From NCBI GenBank assembly GCA_036785375.1, contig JAWMAR010000391.1, positions 1,054,001 through 1,118,000 on the forward strand: 64,000 bases of DNA. Direction: 5' to 3'. The notes below the pieces were generated by a model, which did not search any database, was not told the DNA's origin, and saw only the letters and a program-made list of their open reading frames with translations. The stretch comes from Leucoraja ocellata. Taxonomy: Eukaryota. The position numbers and the translations under genes are program-made. Of this stretch, positions 35,591 through 49,621 are shown one piece after another; position 1 is the first letter of the stretch; each line of letters opens with the position of its first letter.

Positions 35591-36939
35591 AGACCTAGAT
35601 TAAATAACCTTGTCTGTCGATCTTAATAAAATGCAGCCATGTACCATACCATCATCTGAGAAGTTATGAATGGAATGGAATATTACATAAATCATCTCAC
35701 TTCTGATCAGGTGGAGGAAGAGTTGATGATGAAATAACTGAGGATGATTGGCTCGTTTCATTCAGGAACTCCTGCCATTGGGGGCCTGAACCCAGATGAT
35801 TGACCTCTTTCCTAGTGCAATTGGACAATTCCTTGTCCAAATTCCTGGGCTGGCTCAGTACACCTCCAGCCAACTGAGTTCTTATATCATCACCTGCTGT
35901 TTCCTGACTGCAGTGTCCCTCGTGCTGCTTCAGTGAATCCCACCTTTGCTCTAGGATTGTAATGCACTTGCAGCCTTAAAACACTGAAGAAAAAAATGCT
36001 GGCAGCAAATATCAAATCATTGTGTTGTGAAGTATAGTTCTCGTTGTGATCAGAATTTTAATGACATTTTAGATGACACCAGTTCTGAAGTGATGGAACC
36101 ATATTCACTTGGGAGATTAAAAAATCACAGGGTAATATCATGTCGGATGCCGTGCAGGATCATTCAGTGGTCTATTATTTGATAACCTGCAGACTTCTAT
36201 ACAAAATGCATATCTTGCTGAACCTCATCTTTCAACTTTTGATTAGTCTCACTCATGAATAATTGAAGACCATTCCAACATTAGTATCATTTAAATCCAC
36301 ATGGAAGGATTATTAACCCAGGTGATTGTTCCACACGCTCGTCGTTCTTTCTCCTGCTGAATGGAGTTTCATGTGATCCACTATCCTTACCTGTGGTGTT
36401 GTGCATTAAATAAAAATAATAAAATTAAATTTAGCACTAAGGCTGATGGCGAGTTGTTCAAAACAAAATTTATTCCCAAATGCTTCATTAAAAGTATCAT
36501 ACTCTGGTAATTAAAACAGAATGCCACTTGTGTTGATCAGATGTTCCATCTTGAAGAAATGGGTCCTCTTCGTGTTTTGGTTCTGAGTGTAGGCCATCTT
36601 CTATTTCACTAAGTAATTGGGATTTGGCTGTGCATTTGGTAGCTGGTAGTTTGACTCTATCTTTGGGTACCAGAAAGTAATGTCTAAACTTGTGTTTATT
36701 TAAAAAAAAAAAAAAAGTAAGTATCTAGAATGTGACTAGGTGCAAAAATGCAGTTTATTTTTCCCTCCATTTAATTGGATTTTGGTGCTCCTTTAGTGAC
36801 ATTCGGCAAAATAGACCAGGCAGAAAAGTTTCAAATATTTGGATTTTGTTTTACTTGCTGTGGTTTAACTTGAATATTAGCCTCAAGGTATTTGTTTGGG
36901 TATTAAAAATATATGATTTGGACTTCACTAATATTGACT

Positions 36940-38640
36940 GGAATTGTCTTGCTTTTTGGTACAAAGGGATTTAGAAGGAGCAGAATTTGGTCAAGCCATT
37001 GAGGAAAGTTTTCTGAAGTGCCCTGCAGTTGGCTCCACTAGAGAGGGCATTACATGCAACCTCATCTTAAGAAATAAAATTGGGCAAGTGAATGAGAGCA
37101 CTTTGAGACCAATGATCATAAACCAACCAGTTTCAAGATAGCCATGAAAAAAGAAGGGTTCCGACCCGATATGTCACCTATCCTTTTTCTCCAGCTATGC
37201 TGCCCGACCCACTGAGTTACTCCAGCATTTTGTGTCTGCCTTATGGAAAAAGATGGGACTGGTCCTCAAATTGGGGAGGCTAACTGTGATGGCATCAGAC
37301 AGGAACTTCAAAGTGTTGACTGGGAGAGGCCAGGTCACTGGAGATCTGGCAAGTGAGAGGCTTTTAAAAATGAGACACAAATAATTCAGTGTCAGCATAT
37401 TCCAGGTCCAGATATAAGCCACTGTGATCAAGTGAGTTCCCTGAGGAGTACAAGAGAAGTAGGAGTACGATTGAGGAAAAAACTAGGAGGGCAAAAAAAG
37501 GCCTTGATAAAATTCTGGCAAATTAAGGAGAATCCTAAAAGTGTATTCAGAGTTTTAAAAAATAGCTAGGGACGGAGTAGATCCCTTTAAGGATCAGCGT
37601 GTTGATCTATGTGTGGAGCCATGTAGGGCAAATGGATCTTTTATGAATAGCTATTTATATTCACTGGAGAACGGGATTGAAGCTGGTGAGTTCAGGGGAA
37701 GGAACAGTGATATATATCCTGGAGCACATCAACATTACGAAGCGGAAGGTATTGGAGGTCTGGAAACCAGCTCTACTCAATAACCAAAAATCTGTAGCCT
37801 CCTTTTGCTCTAGTATTTTATTTAATTCACATGTTTAAATGATAATGTTTTATTATTGATGTTTAATGTTTTATGTGTCATTCTTAATTGACACTATGTC
37901 ATGTTGTTACTTGCGAACGGAGCACCAAGGCAAATTCCTTGTATGTGTATATACTTGGCCAATAAACTTATTAATTCATTCATAAAGGGGGATAAATCCC
38001 AGAGACCTGACCAGGTGCATCCTACGATGATGTGAGAAACAAAGAAGGAGATTGCAGGGCTCTGGTAGAGATCTTTGTATTTTTGTTTGCTGCAGGTGAG
38101 GTTCCAGGAGACTGGAGAGTAGCTAATGTTGTGCCTTTCATTGAAGGAGAGCGGCAGGGACTACAGGCTGGTGAGCTCGGTATCAGTGGTGCAAAAGCTA
38201 TTGGGTAGGATTCTGAGAGATTGGATTTATTTGCCTTTGGAAGAGTGAGGACTGATTGGGGATGGTGGGCATGTTTCTGTGCATGGGGAAGAATTGTGTC
38301 TCAATCTTGAGTTTTGAAATGACCAACAAGCTGGAGGGCAGCATGTCAGACATTTTCTATATGGAATTTAGTGAGGCCTTTGACAAGGTTCTGCATGGTA
38401 GGATGGTCTGGAAGGTTAACACGTATGGATAACCAGAAGTGGCAGAATGGGGTAGTGGAGAGCTCTTTCTCAGATTGGAGCTCTATAACCAGTGGTGTAT
38501 TGCAGGGATTGTTGCTGGCCCCTCTTGTTTGTGCTATCAATGATTTGTTGAGAATGTAGATGGCATGATTCCCAAGTCTGCAGATGACACCAGAATTGGT
38601 GGGTATGGTGCACAGTGAAGGAGGTTGCCTGCAATGTTTT
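36940..38640 (+). mobile_element. Degraded CR1 LINE ORF2, interrupted by a Penelope-like arm (about 37148-37242) and a LINE tail (about 37765-37983)
   Basis: Remnants IKENPK, VPGDWRVANVVP, YRLVSxVSVVxKLL, YMEFSEAFDKVxHGR, VTSGVxQGxxLxPL-like and kxADDTRIG. Confidence 0.85.
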
Positions 38641-38989
38641 GTGTCTCACAATTACAGCATAGTTTCTCCCTCCTGCACGCCCTTGTTCATCTTCGATTGG
38701 CTTCTCCTCCCCATAAAAGTTAATCAGCCTCTACTGCCCAATTAGCTCAGATAATCACATCTGAAGCTTTTCCTCCACATGTTCTGTGGGCAACATTAAG
38801 CATCCTGACCGTATGATTGCTGAGGCCTATGTGAGATCCACAGACTTTGCTACAGGGGATGCTCGGCGATTAGATGGTTATTTTAGGAGATGATGCGTTT
38901 CTTCTGGTTACAGTGAGCTTCTTCTACATTCCTGAAGCATGGACCTGCTGGTGTACAAATCAATTGCGACTGTTCTTTCTCCACTTTAA

Positions 38990-39231
38990 GCAGTCATAAG
39001 TTCCTACTCGGGGCTCTTGTGGACATTTTTCAACATGTTAAAATCTTTACGAGTCTTCCCGAGCTTACCGCGTTTCCCGAGTACCTGCCGTTAGCGTGAC
39101 GAGCCACTAAGAGATGTCCCGAGTTCCAATGTACTCACTATGTACATTCTACGTGCTTACCACGAGTTTGATTTTTTTTTTAAACTCGGGAGAGCATTTG
39201 AATGAACTCGTACAGTGGGACAGGGCTTTTA
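38990..39231. mobile_element. Harbinger-like MITE, one end only, followed by a CR1 fragment (minus strand, to about 39360)
   Basis: Ends cagtgggacagggctttta; contains internal tttcaacatgttaaaa. Confidence 0.6.
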
Positions 39232-42200
39232 CCACCCTCCGACTGAAGACATTTCTCTTTATCTCCTTCCTAAAGGAACATCCTTTAATTCTGAGGCTAT
39301 GACCTCTGGTCCAAGACTCTCCCACTACTGGAAACATCCTCTCCACATCCCCTCGATCCAGGTGTACTTTTGGCTAGGGATTCTTAAAATCAGGTGGGGA
39401 TTTCCTCAAGCCGGTTTTAAGAGCATTTTTGAAATGGTTAACTGGCCAATATCTTACCTAGGCTTAGCCTGGTTCAGTGGTTTCATCTTTGGGGCTGGGT
39501 GTCTGGCATGGATATGATGTGGCTAGATCAGCCGAGTCAAATAAGTGTAGTTTATGATGGTGAAAATTTATGGGCATGAAACTGGACCCTGCCAAGAATA
39601 TAAGAGCGATATTGACAAAACCTCCAGCATCGGGTAAACCACTGATCTGATGTTGGATTGTGTTGTGCTGTTAATATCAATTAATTTCACTCCCTATTTC
39701 CTATCTTGCATGTAGTAATGCAGTGTCTTAAATCTAATATTTATAAATAGCTTGAAATTGCATAGTTAAAAAAAATTTAAAAATTGGCAAATATATATTT
39801 TATTTCCTCGTGTGGAGATAAGTTGTGCGTTCACTGCAAATATGCTGGCAGATGGAGAATTAAAGTGATGGCAATAAAGGAAATTGGAACGATGGGCAGA
39901 CGTTGGAGGTAAAATTACAACAAAGTAACAAATGGAAGAACAATAAAACTGAAGAAAAATCGATTTTGATATTACCATTTTGATAAAAAAGACATGGCAT
40001 ATTCAAATGAGAATAGAAAAATATGGAGATATGAATGCAGAGTTGACTCCATTTGTTAATTGGCTTTCTGCATAAGCTTCAAATTCGTGTGTGATCTGCA
40101 GGTTTTGCTGTTTCTGCTCCCCTCTTATTTGAGAATCTTTGTGAGTAATTGTTCTGTTGACAGGAAGTTCTTGCATTTCTAAGTGCTCCTTGGTCAGAAC
40201 AGTTACAAAATGTTTTCAGATGCAGAGGGTTTTTTTGAATTGAACTGCCACAGCTGAACAATTAGACTAGATAAAATAGAATTAGTGTACCTTTTCATGC
40301 ATGTGAAATTCCAAAGCTGCTTTAATCCCCTCCTTGCTTGGCTTCCCTTTCACTTGCTTCCTCCTTCCATTTCACACATGTATCCCATGAACAGATAAAC
40401 GTTGGTGCATGGCTTCAAAATACAAACACTGTTGAATACTTTAGATATTTCACTTAGCCTAAGTTAGCACAGATACTATTCAACTCGGCTCGAGAACAGA
40501 ACGGAGAATGTTTCAGATCGGATGAGCAGATATTTTCTCTGGACCCCCTTGTCTATGGGTTTTTAATTACCATTTTAAAGCCACTGAGCTGACTGCTTGC
40601 TAATCCGACTGGATAGTGGGGAACCACAGCAGAAAAATTCAAAGATATTGGTCCTGTTAAAGGATAAAAGATAAAGCTTCTAAAGATGGGCTGATCTGAT
40701 GAACAATGAAGGAGGCACTAACCGATCTGTGGGTCGCTCTTTGTGTTGCAGCCGCTCGTGATGAAGGGTATACATTTACTTGCTAATATCCGTGGTGAAA
40801 GCCATTAATCTGCCATTTTGTTTTTCAAGAGTGGTTGGATTGCCTGTAGCAACAAGTCTATATGCAATCATTTCAGAGAACATTTGCTTGTTTCAATTGA
40901 ACAGATGCAAACTACCCTTTTAATGATGTAATACTAGATGAGACATATAAAAGGGTGCCCTTTCTTGTTATACATCCAATTTGAAACTAAACAATTGACA
41001 AGATGATTATCTAATCTATTGAGGTAATCATTTGTGGAAGCAATGTTTGTGGGAAAACTACCTAGAGATAATCTACCTATAATAAATGAATATTCATAAT
41101 CATAGAAAAAAATGTTCTAAGCATTATAGACAACAAAATTGTAGGCAGCTATTATGTAATTTCAATGCAAGGAAGATTAACTGCTGTTTAAAACAGTGTA
41201 GTTATATTCAACATTGAGGAAGGTTCTACATTTTTTTTGAGTAAAATATAAGTACGTCCATGCTCTACATCAATGTTTGGTATGTCAGAGGAAATGATAA
41301 TTCAATAACAACCCTGAACTTGAGACATTTGACTTGCTAATTTAGAATTCAAAACTCTAGATATTTACACAAACTTTTGTGTGAAATGGAAGATGCAGAA
41401 AAGTGCAAGATGTTGATAGTAATTTTGCCTTGGATTTGAACTGGCGTAATTGAAGGGATCAGCAGTGTTAAAAACAAAGGATGCGAGTGTCCCTTTATGT
41501 TGCAGTGTCTCTGCTTTGAAACCATGTTAACTTTTCAAGGAGAATCTGGTGACGGAAAACCCAAATACTGCTTATGTCACAAATACAAAATAAGACCACA
41601 CCAGGGGATGCCTTGGACAGATTGTATCGTTTGGTACAATAACACCTCCATGGATCGTAATATGAAATTTAAAACAAGAAAAGAAAATTTGAATGTTTAA
41701 AGATTTTATGGAAAGATGCATTTGTTAAATCAGAGAACAAAATTTCTATTTTATCAAATTGCCTCTGGTAAAACATTTTTTTTGTCATAATGTATCATGT
41801 ATATTCTGCTTCTGACAGTAGGGAGGTTCAGTTTAAGAACTTGTCAGTTTCAGTTATACAAGTATCAAAAACAAGTGCATTGCTACACCTTTTGAGTTTT
41901 ACTTCCTTTTGTGAATGGTTTTCTGGAAATTGATGTCAATTTGTGTAAAAGTGATCTAGTGAAACCGAATCCTCTTTCTACATCTGCAATTTTGTTCCCT
42001 CCTCTGTGAGGACGGGTAACGGGGAGAGAATCCTGAAAAGAACTAAATAGCACAGTAATAGATTTTGACAGCTGTAGGAAGTAACGACTGTGTTTTAACT
42101 GTTTTGATTTGTAAACCACAAAGTGGATTACTGTGTTGATTGAAGGGCTATGTCTTGGAAATGAAATCCATTATAGAGGTTATTACCAGAGGTTTGGGTC

Positions 42201-43122
42201 AGTGAAATTTTTGGCAGCATTCCAAACTGTCACTTGAATGATTGTGGCTTTGCCAATATGTTCAGCTTTGCCTTTCAAACTGCTGCTTACTTAAATAATA
42301 TTCCACCATCGGTCCTAAATTATCATGAACAATGCTTAACTGCAGTATGAAATTAAACGATTTGCTTCAGGGAGTGGTGGCGGTTATTGATCAATTGCAA
42401 TATGCATTATTGATATGATAGCACTAGAGTTCCCTTAATGAATCAACTTGATTATGTATCAGAGTTAATGCAATGCAGGCGATCCATGTGTTACGCCGTT
42501 TCCATAAACCAATTCCCCCACCCCCCCATATCTCTAAGTCCGTGCACGTCAGTGAACATAGAAGTGATTGTCAAGAGGGACTTTAGAGCAGGTTGGGTTG
42601 TACATAGCATGGTTTTGATTTGCCCTGTAGCAATGCTGTATTTTGAGCTACTGTATATTTAATGATATAAAATGTCCCTGGGTGTATATAGCTACTGACA
42701 ATCTGTTCTTTAATGCATGATAAGAGGATTTTTTATTGATATTAATGCAGTGGATTTCTACAAGCCCACCCAAAGATTCACCCACAAAACCAGATTTAAA
42801 AAAATCATTTGAATGGAATAAGGACCAGGAAACAACTATCAGAATAAAGCTGCCCCATATTGTTGAATAGTATATATTCTTTAGACTATGTAACTACCCA
42901 TATCATATCGCTCGGTCGACGCTTGTCTATAATTAGTTCATTGACTACTTCAATGTTTTCTCTAAAACTAGCTACAATTAAACTAATGGAAAAACTATGG
43001 GATAAAAACCACAAGACGTTGGCGCAAAACACAAAAACAAATCCATGGCAGTGGAAGAGGTGGTCCTTTAGTATCTCATGGCCAAAGTGTGATTAGGGTT
43101 GTGCAGATGGTTCAAGAACCTG

Positions 43123-43346
43123 TGTTGGAAGGGGCTACAGATGCTAGTTTACCCCGAAGATAGACACAAAATGCCGGAGTAACTCAGCGGGTCAGGCAGC
43201 AACTCTGGAGAAAAGGAATAGGTGACGTTTCGGATTGAGACCCGGCTGCAGTTGGCCAAGGGTCTCGACCCGAAATGCCACCTATTCCTTTTCTCCAGAG
43301 ATGGTGCCAGATCTGCTGAGGTACTCCAGCATTTTGTGTCTATCTT
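43123..43346. mobile_element. Fold-back Penelope-like element
   Basis: Inverted arms; 15-bp TSD tggttca(a/g)gaacctg at 43108-43122 and 43347-43361. Confidence 0.8.
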
Positions 43347-44754
43347 TGGTTCAGGAACCTGATAGTTTGAGGGAAGTGGCAGTCCTAGAACCTGGCATTG
43401 TGGGACTTCAGGCTTGTGTACCTCCTGGCCTGATGATGGATGATAAAAGTAGTTCTAATAGCCTGAACATTTAATTCTGTAGAGCTGGAGGACCCAGCAT
43501 TGCCAAACCATATTAAAATTATCTGATTCATTGGAATCAAATGTGTAAAGGAGGAATATTCGATGCCAAAATGCGTTGTGGTGGGCAAAGGATTAGGTAC
43601 CTTTATGGATGAAACGCTTCAACAATTGTGAATCTGCTGGCAAATTCTTTTCAGTTGGTATGAGAGGGGAGAGAGATGTATACAAAAATGACTTGTATTG
43701 CTGATATATTTTTAAATGCTCAGCTAATTTGTGACACAGAACATCTTGCAAAAAGGATTACATTGTGATGTGAAAATTGGAACTGGACTTTATCAATCAG
43801 CAGAGAGGTATTATTATAACAAAGAATATTTGTATAGATGGGTGTACCATAGTGCAAGAAAAACACTTTTCTATTAAATGGAAAGTATGTGTGCTAACTT
43901 TGCCTTGTACATTATTTATAAAATGTTAGCAAGTCTTTACCAATTATTTAGCATATGTACTTATTCTTTCAACAGCTCCTCTATTCCCCCGCTCAACCCG
44001 AGTGCAGCTTATTTGGCATTTCAGTAACAAAAGAGCTAATATTGAATTTTCTAATAGATGGTTTTAAAGTTCAGCTTGCGTAAGCCAATAGGGAAGTGTT
44101 TCATTAATAACAATTTTCAAACAGATTTTCTTTTTACCTGTTTGATAAACGAGAGCCGAAAGTGATCCATAAGTCATGTAACCTATATTTGAGTTTGGCC
44201 TTGGTGTTTGTCTTTGCTTGGATAGCTTGGGAGACACTTATTCTTATCGACATCCTGCTTAAAGCTACTTAGTTCTGTAAACATTTAGCTGTGGGTCGCA
44301 TCCATCAAACTGTGTGCACAAAAGCTGCTCTGATGGTGTTTAATAGGTACAACAATACTGCACAATCTGGATGCTGTAAAAATGAATTATGCCATTTTAT
44401 GTGTCTATCTTCAATTCCAATGGATTGCAATGACTTATTTGCTTTTATAGTATACATTGAAGTCGTTTTTCCTTGTTTACTTAAAGGGTGGTGATATCTG
44501 CTCTTTTTTTTCTATGAAGAATCAGAATTCAGAACTGTTGAAACAGCCTTTATACAATAACTGGACATCCATGGGACAGTGAGGACAATCAGCAGCAGTA
44601 AAAATGTCCATCACCTCAACCTGTAGCCTCATGGCGCAGCACATCACATATTCCCATTAAACTGGGGCAGCAGCACCTGCTCCATGGGGAGCACAGAAGG
44701 GCATGCTTGGATACAAACCAAGTGTGCTTAAAATCTGTGATGTGGGGATTGTTT

Positions 44755-45062
44755 TTGGCAAACCTGCCGCATGGGGCTATAATTGGTTCAATGGCTCCGG
44801 GTCGTTCCAACCCCGCGACTCGGGCGGGAGAAGTTGCATTGCGGGAGCTCCGAAAAGCGGTCTCCACCCGGACCCACGAGCTCCCGATGTCCCAGTCCAC
44901 CGGTCTGCAGCTGGAGCCTCCGAGCTCCGGCGTCGGGCCGCGGCGCGCCACCACCGCTCCCCGCGCTCCGAAGCCGGCCAGCCCCACGATGGTAAGTCCG
45001 CAGCTCCGTGACTGGAGCCCCCAGGTCGTTCCGGTTGGAGGCCGCTCCATGGTGCTAGGCAC
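44755..45062 (-). mobile_element. GC/CpG-rich repeat fragment inserted in an old LINE RT remnant (about 44615-45270)
   Basis: Reverse complement gactgggacatcgggagctc resembles gactgtagatgtcgggagctc near 2290. The flank encodes a degenerate MEYxPxxW...IQDKAA remnant. Confidence 0.55.
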
Positions 45063-47069
45063 AAAATGGGAGCATGATGGAATACTTGCCATTTGACTGG
45101 AAGAGTACGGATCTAGCAATGTACAGGAGATAGACACCCATTCAGGACAAGGCAGCCTGATAGCTCAGCAATCCACCCATCAGCTAAAATGTTCACCCTC
45201 TCCATCACTAGCACACCTTGGCCACTGTGTTTGTTACTACTTGTCTGAACCATTCTGCCAAAGCCTTCCTTGGACAAAGGGAACAGTTGTGGTTACTCAG
45301 ATGAAAGCGGCAGGACAAGCTTGTCCCATTGGAGATTACCAACTCTGGCAATTATGTACAAATGTCCATCTGTAATATCATCAGTTTTAAAGTCTAAATG
45401 GGACACATGACTACTTGCTTTCAAAAATATTTGGAGAGGGAAGAGTTGAAGGTGAATATTGCTTCCCACAGATGTGTCTTTTTGGAAGACATTGGACTAC
45501 TTTTATTGTACCAGTGCATATTGGGGCTTCTTAGATTTGTGTGGCCTTCTACATGTGTATTTTTGTCTCGGTATTTTATATTGATTGTTCTGATGTGCTT
45601 TAAGATGCATGTTTGCTGTTCTGTTCAATGTAAAGACTCAAACTGAATAGTCAGTGTGAACGATCAACTAAATTCTGCAAACTTAGTGTGGATTGCCGGT
45701 CCAATATTTATAATTACAGCTACACCCAATAGCATAGGACTTGTCAGTTACTTTAATAATAATATTAATATAATATAATTTGCATTTTTTTTCTCTTTCA
45801 GAAAATTAATAAAGAATGGATCTTACAATTTTTGTTTTGCGGCAATACAGAATAATTTATCTTGTAAGAATATAACCCTTTGTAGGAACGATGTTTTAAA
45901 TGGGATCCTTCACCAGGGCCTTGAATGTCATTAGAGTGGACTGACCTCTTTGTGGGTGGTTTAATGAGTTCTTGTGTGGATGAGCACGGGCACCTATTTG
46001 ATTACAAAAGTGAAGGGGAATGGATCCAGTGTGAAGGGTTTCTTATTGAGTTAGTTGCACTTGTAAGTGACAGATAAAAGATCAAACTAAAAAAGGTTAA
46101 AAAGCAGAATAAGTTTTGACTACAAAGCCTATTGAGGAGTTGCTTTCGTTGGCATCTTGTAACTGAGAACCCTTGCTGCTGCATTACTTTTTTTTGTAAA
46201 TGTTTCTTGAGCATCAACAATGATACATGGAAGCAGATGTGAGAATGTGCTAAGAAACCTGCTTTTTACCGTTTTTGATTATTGTAGTTCCTAATATTAT
46301 ATAATTCGTGTAACAAATTTGGACATTTTAATCTAAGTTTTAAACTTTGTAAAGTTCCATAAAGAAAATTTGACCATCGAAAGCCTTCCCACCAGTTGGT
46401 GGTAATAAGTAGCATAGGTTGCTTTGTATCAATTAAGGTTGAAATGTTTCTCGTATTGAGTATTCATAACTTTGTGCAGCCCTGTGAATTGGCAAAGTAC
46501 TCGGGCTGTAATTAAAGGACAATGGCAGTGTGCATTGTTCAGAACAGGCGAACAGATGTCGGATATCAGAAATCAAATCCTGTTTTATTATTTTCTCCAT
46601 ATCTTTTGACAGTAATTGAATAGTAATCCAATTTGCCTCTCGTAGAGCTTTTCAGAAATAATTCAATAGTCATTCTATTTTTATTGTCCATTTACATAGC
46701 TTTATTGTATTGGCTTCAGTTCTTCCTGTTTGATTTTAAAACTGATTGTAGACCCAAGAATTAGCTTTGTATTAAGTAAACATATGTGGCTAATTCTCAG
46801 TCCCATAAACAGTGTTTTGAAGAACTAGCAGCATTTCTAATATGTCTTGCTTATTTTTTTTTATTGTCCCATGTTTCCCTTAAATTATATTCCTATCAGA
46901 AGAAGAATGTTTCCCTGCATAATCTAATTATGCAGTGAGGTATAAACTATTTCCAGATTATTTGACATATTTCAAACATATTTGTTTTACTGACTGTTAT
47001 CAGTCAATCTGTGGAGAGCGAGGTACTGGTTCAGTAACTGTAATATATACAGTCGTAACTGTAATACTG

Positions 47070-47780
47070 CGCAATGTGCTCCCGATGTGACATCCTTTAT
47101 ACCAGCAGAGCAGGCATAGACCAGGCAACCATTCATCAAACAATTGCAGTCTGCCAAGGACAGCTGGATCTTAAGGTTGCCAACCATTTTAACTCCGTTT
47201 CCTATTTTGATACCGACCTTCCAGGCTGCGTCCATTGCCTGAGTATGGCCACATTACAAGGAGAACAGCATGTATTTGCTTTTTGGTTAGTTTTAGAGGA
47301 GGGGCAGCAAAATCCATGGTAGAAACTGGTAGAGCAGCACTTCCTATTCTGCTTGGGGTAGCCTTCAACCCAATGGTTATGAACATTGAATTCTAATTTC
47401 TTGCCCATGTTTCCCTTAAATTATATTCCTATCAGAAGAAGAATGTTTCCCTGCATAATCTAATTATGCAGTGAGGACCCTCTGTGTCCTCTGTCCCACA
47501 CACACCGTCTCCCACCACCCTAGTTACCCTACTCCTTTCCCCTCTGCCCTTCTATTCCCAAGTCCCATATTAGCTTTCTATCCCAGCTCTTTCTCCACCC
47601 CCTGTTCCTTCCACCCATATCCCTCTCTAGGACTACATTTCACTACTCCTTTCCTTATCTGACACCCTTTTGTCTCCTTTTCGCCTGTAGCCTTTTGTCA
47701 CTACTCCACTCATCTGCCACCTCTTTACCATCTTTTCCCCCAGTCTGAAGAAGGGTCCCAACCCAAAACATGGCCTGTAT
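47070..47780 (+). mobile_element. Degenerate Penelope-like element: GIY-YIG endonuclease C-terminus, pyrimidine tract and terminal-repeat remnant
   Basis: CSRCDILY...DLKVANHFNS; cagtctgaagaagggtcccaacccaaaac at 47741. Confidence 0.75.
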
Positions 47781-49621
47781 TTCCCTATTGTTTTTGATAT
47801 TGTATCATATGACAGTGTATTGACAGAATCAAATCAAACCTCATGAATAGTTTCCTGTAATTGGTCCAATTAATATGGATTTAAAAACTACAATTGCATT
47901 ACATGCAAGATCCATAATCAGAAACTGCCCCTTTTTTGAACTCCTAAACATTTCACCAGATGAATAGCACAAATTTCTGATTCCCAAACTACCACCTGCT
48001 TTGTCGCACATTTTGAGAATTTGTTTTAAACTGCAGTAGATGTACTGAATTGTATGCAAATGTATTCAATTCATGGCAATGGAAGGTGCAGAAGATTAAT
48101 TTATCGTTGTAAACATTGCCCTCGGTCTCTCATTTTCCCATTCTAATCCCTTGTGGCACTAGTTGGATATTTATTAATTGTGGTAAAATCAAAGGGGCTC
48201 ATCTTAAGTTTTTATAATTAAATGGTTCCCATTGTCAGTTTTGCAGCTGGTGTAGCAATGTAACAGTTTGATGAGAACTGAGAAGTCTGACATTTGACTG
48301 AAATCATATTGCAGTTTCAACCTTTAAGATGAAACTGGATGCTCTCACTGAATTTAACATGGATATTATTGCTTTATATATCCACTTTTAAATGCTCCTA
48401 AACAATATCATTGAATAACATTGGCCATGGGTTTTCTTGATGGAGTAAAATTGCACAGTTAGAAAAAATTAGATCTTAACTTAAGATTTGTTTTCATTAT
48501 TTTGTGGCTGGAAATGTATTGAATGATTTCAGCTGTTATTCAGAGAAGGCATAGAGTTAAGGTAATTGGCAAGATCTTGAAGTTGTACAAGTTATGTGGG
48601 ATAAAACCATTGTTCTCTTTTAATGAATGTGCTGCCTGATAGGATAGTGGAAAGAAATTGAATAGTAACATTCAAAATGAAATCACTGCAACTAGTTGAA
48701 GGGGGAAATTAAGAGGACTGTGGTGAGTGAGCAGGATGGGGGTTGGATTGATGGGGTAGTGTCTTCCCAATACCTTGCTCCTTACTGCTTGCTGTGCTTA
48801 TCACCCTGATTTCAATGGGTGTGTGTCAGCATAGCAATACATTATATAATGTTCTATAGAATCATATTTTATTACTAAATATAGATTTGGGGATATCTTT
48901 TTAAGCAAGGTCATTTTATATTAGTCAATCTAACATATAGCATGGGGTAGAAATAATTTCCCATTCATAAATGTGTAGCATAGTGTTGTAAACATAGGCT
49001 CACTTAGTAAACATAACCCCACTTATCAAGTTTTGCTTCCGTAGAAATCAGTGGAACTGAATTTCGGAATCAGCGCTCAGGGCAAACACCTTATTACATG
49101 TTTCATCATACCTCTCCAATCCCAATGTCTTAACCTTTCTGCCAGAAAACTAATTGTTTTTTCTCCAGATCTGTTGCCCCCTATCTTTGCTGCACCATCA
49201 CCATCTGTTCCAGCGCACCATGTACATGTCTCTTAAAGGGGTCTGATTATCAACAAAGCCAGGAGACGTGAACCAAACCACACGCTCTGAATACTGTGTG
49301 TTTTTTAAACTCCTGAAGAAAAAAAACAATTTTTCCTTTACACTTTCCTTGCTGTGCCTCATACGTTAAATAAGTTTCAATTATTTTCTGTGAGATTTTA
49401 TTGTTTACATTTGCATCCTAAGATGTAAAATGTTTGTCCAAATGTAAGTCTTCTACCAGCCATTATGATGCAACTTGCCATCTTAAAGGTTGTTTATTTA
49501 TCATTTTTTCTCAACTGCTGCATCCAAAAAGGGAAATTTGTTTTAGAACAGAAAAATCTATACTAAATTTGCTTGCTGTTGACTGACTGGTGGAACAGGA
49601 TTGAAGGGCCGAATGGCTCAT

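Noticed and set aside
379-43346. Recurrent palindromic units as a CRISPR array or miRNA genes
   Set aside because: Vertebrate DNA; the copies are dispersed, diverged and TSD-flanked, with no repeat-spacer periodicity and no cas genes.
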